Shown here: positions 44,618 through 50,192 of the stretch, piece after piece
Layout: each line of letters opens with the position of its first letter
Position numbering within the stretch: the first letter of the stretch is position 1
Origin: Candidatus Bathyarchaeota archaeon
GTDB taxonomy: Archaea > Thermoproteota > Bathyarchaeia > Bathyarchaeales > WUQV01
Length of the DNA stretch: 52,100 nucleotides
Reading direction: 5' to 3'
Assembly (NCBI GenBank): GCA_029934005.1
Contig: JAOZNA010000001.1
Span: forward strand, 1 to 52,100
The notes under the pieces: generated by a model
Databases searched by the model: none
Seen by the model: only the letters and a program-made list of their open reading frames with translations
Told to the model about the DNA's origin: nothing
Position numbers and translations under genes: made by a program

Positions 44618-46465
44618 ATGAGAAAAACCATAACTTTTATATTAATAATTTTCCTCTCAATAGCAACACTCAGCATTCTAACAATTAACCCATCCCAAGC
44701 CCAAGAAGGAACAAGAATCTACACAATCCCCTCAACAATCATCAGATACTACAACGACACCTACGTAGGTTATCGCTTTAATGTTAGTTTCTGGATTGAA
44801 ACAGACCAGGAAGTCGGCGGAGTCCAAATCACTACCATCTTCAAACACAACATCATAAACGTAACCCAATGGTGGGAACCAAAATGGGACCCCAACTACA
44901 TATTCTACGGAGAAACAACCTCAGCCCTACCATACCCACCAAACCCAGGCTACACCCAGATAAACTCAACCCACTCCAGATCAAAAATAGCAGTAAACCT
45001 ATTCCCACCACCACCCACCCAAACACCATTCACAGGAACAGGCCTAATAGCCATACTAGAATTCGAAGTTAAAGTAATACCTCCAGAAAATGAAACCTAC
45101 AAATCCCCAATCTCAATAGACAACCCAGGCACATATATAATGCTTGCCGACGGGACTCAACTCAAAGAATTCACAAAAGAAAACGGATATTATGAAATAC
45201 ATGGTCCACCACCTCCACCAACTGGAACAAGAATTTTCATTGATCCACCAGAAATAATCGATCCAACAATGACTCCATCATCAATCTTTGACATAAACAT
45301 AACAATAGACGACTTCTTAGACATGAAAGTATGCATATTCAATCTGAGTTACGACCCCAACGTAATTGGCTATGTAACATTTGAAATCTTTCGAATCAAC
45401 GGAGAATTTCCAACATCGAAAATAATAGCTGACGACGAGGCAGGCTACGTTTGGGTAAAACTAAACTATTCAACACCAGTCACAACCTACGATCCACTAG
45501 CAATAATCCAAATAACATTCCACGTCGAAACATACGGATCAACCCCCCTCGACCTCCACGACACAAACATAACAGATCCAACTGGAACCCCAATAGAACA
45601 TGACGTCTACGACGGCTTCTTCGCCACACTAATACGCGACGTAGCAGTAACCGACATAATTCCATCAAGAACATGGACCTATGAAGGAACACCAATAAAC
45701 ATCACAGTAACCGTCAAAAACAAAGGAAATGTAAGCGAAACCTTCGACTTAACTCTATACTACGACTCCAACATAATAGAAACCAAAACAGTAACAGACT
45801 TACCTTCAGGTGAGGAAAGAAATGTAACGTTCACATGGGATACCACAGGAATTCCGGAAGGAAACTACACAATATCCGCTGAAGCCTCATATGTCCCCTA
45901 CGAATTCGACCCAACCGACAACTCCTTGACAGATGGCACAATATGGATAATGGAAAGAATTCACGATGTAGCAATAATAGACGTAGTAGTACCACGTTCA
46001 TGGGTTTACCAAGGCTGGCAAATCAACATCACAGTAACAGCCAAAAACCAAGGAAACTTCACAGAAACCTTTGATGTCACCCTATACTTCAACCAAACCC
46101 AAATAAAAACATGGAACATAATCGACTTGCCAGCTGGAGAAAAAATAGAACTGCAAATAACCTTAAACACTTCCCAATTCCAACCCTGCAGCAACTTCTC
46201 AATATGGGCGGAAGCCTCCCAAGTCCCCTACGAATACAACCTAACAAACAACATATTTTACGATGGTTACCTAAAAATCCGCCTCTACGGTGACATAAAC
46301 GGCGACGGAGTGATCGACTTAGTAGACGTATACGTAGTCTCCATGACATTCGGAACTTACGAAGGACATCCAAACTGGAATCCAGATGCAGACCTAAACC
46401 AAGATGGTCAAATAGACCTATTCGACATTTACATGGTATCTAAAAACTTCGCAAAAGAATGTTAA
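44618..46465 (+). CDS. secreted cohesin-like / CARDB-repeat protein with C-terminal dockerin (adaptor-like)
   Basis: Signal peptide (...INPSQA/QE), family N-module 44711..45199, and a PPPPP linker. A cohesin-like module follows (IFDINITIDDFLDMKVCIFNLSYDPNVIGYV...LAIIQITFHV). Then come two CARDB-type repeats and a duplicated dockerin. Confidence 0.85.
   Translation: MRKTITFILIIFLSIATLSILTINPSQAQEGTRIYTIPSTIIRYYNDTYVGYRFNVSFWIETDQEVGGVQITTIFKHNIINVTQWWEPKWDPNYIFYGETTSALPYPPNPGYTQINSTHSRSKIAVNLFPPPPTQTPFTGTGLIAILEFEVKVIPPENETYKSPISIDNPGTYIMLADGTQLKEFTKENGYYEIHGPPPPPTGTRIFIDPPEIIDPTMTPSSIFDINITIDDFLDMKVCIFNLSYDPNVIGYVTFEIFRINGEFPTSKIIADDEAGYVWVKLNYSTPVTTYDPLAIIQITFHVETYGSTPLDLHDTNITDPTGTPIEHDVYDGFFATLIRDVAVTDIIPSRTWTYEGTPINITVTVKNKGNVSETFDLTLYYDSNIIETKTVTDLPSGEERNVTFTWDTTGIPEGNYTISAEASYVPYEFDPTDNSLTDGTIWIMERIHDVAIIDVVVPRSWVYQGWQINITVTAKNQGNFTETFDVTLYFNQTQIKTWNIIDLPAGEKIELQITLNTSQFQPCSNFSIWAEASQVPYEYNLTNNIFYDGYLKIRLYGDINGDGVIDLVDVYVVSMTFGTYEGHPNWNPDADLNQDGQIDLFDIYMVSKNFAKEC
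44765..45072 (+). repeat. near-identical nucleotide block shared by three paralogs (copy 1)
   Basis: The string gtaggttatcgctttaatgtt...gaaacagaccaggaagtcggcggagtccaaatcactaccatcttcaaacacaacatcataaacgtaacccaatggtgggaacc recurs almost base for base at 46728 and 50374. The tail cccactccagatcaaaaatagcagtaaacctattcccaccaccaccc...ccatactagaattcgaagttaa is identical to copy 3. Confidence 0.85.
45635..46280 (+). other. two tandem CARDB-like domains (approximate limits)
   Basis: RDVAVTDIIPSRTWTYEGTPINITVTVKNKGNVSETFDLTLYYD...LPSGEERNVTFTWDT and HDVAIIDVVVPRSWVYQGWQINITVTAKNQGNFTETFDVTLYFN...LPAGEKIELQITLNT. Confidence 0.8.
46283..46462 (+). other. dockerin module (two EF-hand-like Ca loops)
   Basis: LYGDINGDGVIDLVDVYVVSMTFGTYEGHPNWNPDADLNQDGQIDLFDIYMVSKNF. 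Confidence 0.9.
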
Positions 46466-46474
46466 AATTCCTAA

Positions 46475-46489
46475 CTCCCTCCATTTTTT
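46475..46489 (+). terminator. C-tract followed by oligo-T
   Basis: ctccctccatttttt lies 10 nt after the stop at 46465. Confidence 0.45.
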
Positions 46490-46555
46490 ATAGCACCAAA
46501 AGCTTATAACTAAGATAAAACTCAAATATGCAGATACTACAACGGAGGAAAAAAC

Positions 46556-48259
46556 TTGAATAGAAAAAAGGCAATATGCATCTCATTAATGCTCGCTTTA
46601 TTCCTCACATCAACAATAGCAATTTTAGCAACAGCCAAACAACCAAACCAGGTGGAACCACAACAAGCCACAACAAGAATATGGATACAACCATCCCAAA
46701 TAAAATGTTATTCAGGAGATGTCTACGTAGGTTATCGCTTTAACGTTACTTTTTGGATTGAAACAGACCAGGAAGTCGGCGGAGTCCAAATCACTACCAT
46801 CTTCAAACACAACATCATAAACGTAACCCAATGGTGGGAACCCACATGGAACTCCAGCTACATATTCTACGGAAAAACAACATCAGCCCCACCATTCCCA
46901 CCAAACCCAGGCTACTATCAAATAAACGCAACCCACTCCAGATCAAAAATAGCAGTAAACCTATTCCCACCACCACCCGCTCAAACACCATTCACAGGGA
47001 CGGGCTTAATAGCCATATTACAATTTGAAATTGTGAGTATGCCTAACGAAACGGTTACAAAACTGTCTTCACCACTTAGTATTAACAATGATGGTACATA
47101 TCTGTTTCTGGCTGATGGCAATCCGCTGAGAGAATTTACGAAGGAAGATGGCTCTTACGAAATCGAATTTACAACAATACCACCAATGTCCTTGGATGTG
47201 AATCCTCAAAAAATAGAGTTCACTCCCTACTCTTCAGCAATAGGGCAAAAATTCGACATCAGCCTAAGTGCAGTAGGAGTCGGAACATTCCATGATTTAC
47301 ACAAGATAACATTCCTATTCACATACAACAGCACTTTACTATCAACAAACGAAACCAACATACACATCAATGCCTTCTGGGGAACATCCAGTAAAAGTGT
47401 CACCGACGGAACAATAAACATAACCATTTCGAATCCAACCTCAACTCCAGAAGGAACAATTCTAATAGCAAACATAACATTTGAAATAACATATCAAAAT
47501 GAAGTCCCACCAGGCTCTCTAAAAGACTATAGCTCATCCTCCCTTACATTCCAAAACTACCACGCTTACAACAGTACGGGTGGAGAAATAAACATAGCAG
47601 ATCCTGGAGCATGCACGGTAATAGTATATCCAAGGTTCACTGGAACAGTCCAAATAGGAATTTCCGATCCCATGCCAATAAATGTAACAACAGGACAAAT
47701 TATCGAAGGAATCAACTACGTTGACATCGCATATATCAAGAAACAAGGAGCATACGACGCTGACCACTACGTGATAAATATAACAACATCAGAAATATAC
47801 AATGTAACAGAAATTAACATCAAATTGAAATACGACCCAGAAAGGACCAATTATCGTTATCATGCAAAATTCCACGGCAATCTCTTCACAAAGTATGGCA
47901 TTGACTACAACATTACCGATGATGAAAAAGGAAATGTTTCAATCACCATCCTAGCAAAGCGTGTGCCAATCTTCAGCGGAACAATAATTCAATTAGCATT
48001 CTACGTACCAGAAGGTTCAGATTGTTATGACATCGTCAAAAGTGTTGGACAATGCACCACACTAATAAACATAACAGAGGTTTCAATGAAAGACGGAAAA
48101 GGAAACGTCATACCAACATCAATACAAACCCCAAGCACCACAATCCTAATGACTCCCGAATTCCCATCATCAATATCAATTCTAATAATGCTAACAATAT
48201 TAACTGGTACCATAATAATAGCCAAAACCAGAAATCAAAGAAATAGGAAAAAGCAATAA
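46556..48259 (+). CDS. surface protein with cohesin-like modules and a PEF-CTERM anchor signal
   Basis: TTG start with GGAGGA upstream, and a signal peptide. The family N-module spans 46673..47170. Two further cohesin-like modules are present (IGQKFDISLSAVGVGTFHDLHKITFLFTYNSTLLS...GTILIANITFEI; EINIKLKYDPERT...GTIIQLAFYV). The C-terminus is PEF + TM + basic tail. Many N-x-S/T sequons. Confidence 0.85.
   Translation: MNRKKAICISLMLALFLTSTIAILATAKQPNQVEPQQATTRIWIQPSQIKCYSGDVYVGYRFNVTFWIETDQEVGGVQITTIFKHNIINVTQWWEPTWNSSYIFYGKTTSAPPFPPNPGYYQINATHSRSKIAVNLFPPPPAQTPFTGTGLIAILQFEIVSMPNETVTKLSSPLSINNDGTYLFLADGNPLREFTKEDGSYEIEFTTIPPMSLDVNPQKIEFTPYSSAIGQKFDISLSAVGVGTFHDLHKITFLFTYNSTLLSTNETNIHINAFWGTSSKSVTDGTINITISNPTSTPEGTILIANITFEITYQNEVPPGSLKDYSSSSLTFQNYHAYNSTGGEINIADPGACTVIVYPRFTGTVQIGISDPMPINVTTGQIIEGINYVDIAYIKKQGAYDADHYVINITTSEIYNVTEINIKLKYDPERTNYRYHAKFHGNLFTKYGIDYNITDDEKGNVSITILAKRVPIFSGTIIQLAFYVPEGSDCYDIVKSVGQCTTLINITEVSMKDGKGNVIPTSIQTPSTTILMTPEFPSSISILIMLTILTGTIIIAKTRNQRNRKKQ
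46728..47032 (+). repeat. near-identical nucleotide block (copy 2)
   Basis: Same block as 44765..45072. The central roughly 115 nt are identical by eye and the flanks of the gene are diverged. Confidence 0.85.
48155..48256 (+). other. PEF-CTERM-type sorting signal
   Basis: PEFPSSISILIMLTILTGTIIIAKTRNQRNRKKQ at the extreme C-terminus: tripeptide, about 20 hydrophobic residues, then an Arg/Lys cluster. Confidence 0.8.
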
Positions 48260-48260
48260 C

Positions 48261-48274
48261 TTCCCCTCTTTTTT
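48261..48274 (+). terminator. C-tract followed by oligo-T
   Basis: ttcccctctttttt lies directly after the stop at 48259. The same ttcccctctttt string follows the next paralog. Confidence 0.5.
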
Positions 48275-48426
48275 AAAACAACAGAACCTTATTCAAATTA
48301 TGGAACCTCACTCTCCATTTAACGGATAAACCTGACTCCAATCCATCAAAATTTCCACAGTCAACAAACAAAGCCTTAAAATAGAAAAACTTTTATAATT
48401 TCATTAAAAACTCAGGTGACCAAATC

Positions 48427-50058
48427 ATGAAAAAATCGTTAATTCTAATCCTCACAACCTCAATTCTAATCATCAGCACATTCACCACAATAACTCCATC
48501 AACAACATTAAAATCTCCAATAAAACCAGCTGCAGCCAACGGCACAAAAATCTGGACAACACCCTCAAACATCACATTATATACAAACGAAACCATTGCA
48601 GGTCAAAAATTCAATGTTAGCTTCTGGCTAACAACCGATAAGGAAGTTGGCGGGGTTCAAATAACAACCTTTTTCAAACATGATGTTATCAATATAACAA
48701 GATGGTTTGAACCCTCATGGAACTCCAGCTACCTATTCTACAATAAAACAACGTCTGCTCTTCCACTTCCACCAAACCCAGGATACCGCCAAGTAAACTC
48801 AACCCATTCTAAATCAAAAATAGCAGTAAGCTTATTCCCACCACCAGATCAAGAGCCATTCACAGGAACAGGTCTAATAGCCATACTAGAATTCGAAGTT
48901 AATGCAATTCCAGAAGAAGGAAACAATCTAACCTCACTCATTTACATAAATAATTCGGAGACTTACTTAATGTTGGCAGACGGCAGCCAATTTCGGAATT
49001 TCACTAAAATGAATGGATACTATAAACTTTGCTGGAATTCACCACCTCAATCCATTGCAATAGAAGTCTATCCCAACCTAATCAAGTTTACACCTTACGA
49101 ATCAGCTGTCGGACAGAAATTCAATGTCACTGTAAGACTCAAAGGGGTTATTTCGGCATATGATCTACAAAGTGTTAATTTCTCACTAATTTATGATAAT
49201 GCTTTATTATCAACGAAACAATCAGATGTTAAAATCTGTGAACCATGGCAAAACTCTAAAGTAGAGACTGCTGAAAACTCAGTAAACGTAACGGTTTCAA
49301 ATCCTACTTCAACACCAAATGGGACAGTTCTACTTGCAAATGTTACATTCACCGTAAAATACCAAGATTCTGCTCCTCCACGTCATCTAAGCGATTATGA
49401 TTCATCAAAATTAAATTTTGAAGAATCTTACGCATACAGTAACGTCGTAGGAAGCTTAAACTTAACCTCCGTTGCCGGAGAAGTTAGAATTTATGCACGT
49501 TACAACGGTACAGTTAAATTGAGTCTCTCTGAGCCAATACCACTAGACACAATAATTCACTATTTAGACTCACCAAGTTTTCTAATCAACGTTAGCATAA
49601 GCGAAGTATTCGACATTAAAGAACTAAATTTCACCGTGAAATTTGACCCAAACATAGTTACTACACCTAACCAAACTTATTACCAGATCATCCTTCCAGA
49701 AGACTCGCTCTTTAACATCTACTCCGGACTTGCATTTGACTCATCCAGTGCTATCGAAAAGGGATTAATACACCTCAGAGTAACCCCACTTCCAGGTGCA
49801 GAATTTCCACACGCGTCAGGACTTTTATTCCAAATAAACTTCACATCTCTCAACAAGGGTACAACATATGTAAATGTAACTGATTTAACGCTTAGGGACA
49901 CTAAAGGAAACTCCGTTCCAATAGAGGGTTCAAGTTCTCAAGTTGAAATAATTCCAGAGTTCCCAAACATTTCAATTATAGCAGTGTTAATTACATTGTC
50001 AAGTATGGTCGCAATAATGACGAAAACAAAGAATAAAATGAAAGACAAAATTAAGTAA
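48427..50058 (+). CDS. surface protein with cohesin-like modules and a PEF-CTERM anchor signal (paralog of 46556)
   Basis: AGGTGA lies 8 nt upstream of the ATG, and there is a signal peptide. A more diverged copy of the family N-module spans 48544..49035. Cohesin-like modules follow (VGQKFNVTVRLKGVISAYDLQSVNFSLIYDNALLS...GTVLLANVTFTV; ELNFTVKFDPNIV...SGLLFQINFT). The C-terminus is a PEF-CTERM signal. Confidence 0.85.
   Translation: MKKSLILILTTSILIISTFTTITPSTTLKSPIKPAAANGTKIWTTPSNITLYTNETIAGQKFNVSFWLTTDKEVGGVQITTFFKHDVINITRWFEPSWNSSYLFYNKTTSALPLPPNPGYRQVNSTHSKSKIAVSLFPPPDQEPFTGTGLIAILEFEVNAIPEEGNNLTSLIYINNSETYLMLADGSQFRNFTKMNGYYKLCWNSPPQSIAIEVYPNLIKFTPYESAVGQKFNVTVRLKGVISAYDLQSVNFSLIYDNALLSTKQSDVKICEPWQNSKVETAENSVNVTVSNPTSTPNGTVLLANVTFTVKYQDSAPPRHLSDYDSSKLNFEESYAYSNVVGSLNLTSVAGEVRIYARYNGTVKLSLSEPIPLDTIIHYLDSPSFLINVSISEVFDIKELNFTVKFDPNIVTTPNQTYYQIILPEDSLFNIYSGLAFDSSSAIEKGLIHLRVTPLPGAEFPHASGLLFQINFTSLNKGTTYVNVTDLTLRDTKGNSVPIEGSSSQVEIIPEFPNISIIAVLITLSSMVAIMTKTKNKMKDKIK
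49954..50055 (+). other. PEF-CTERM-type sorting signal
   Basis: PEFPNISIIAVLITLSSMVAIMTKTKNKMKDKIK at the extreme C-terminus. Confidence 0.8.
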
Positions 50059-50072
50059 TTTTCCCCTCTTTT
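50059..50072 (+). terminator. C-tract followed by oligo-T
   Basis: ttttcccctctttt lies directly after the stop at 50058. Confidence 0.5.
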
Positions 50073-50192
50073 ATTGAGTTAAACTACATTTTCAGAATAT
50101 AAATCCAGAAAAATATTCTAGAGTAAAACTATACGAACAGTAAATTTCATATATAATATCAATTGTAACTATTGGTTTAGGTGAAAATTGGA

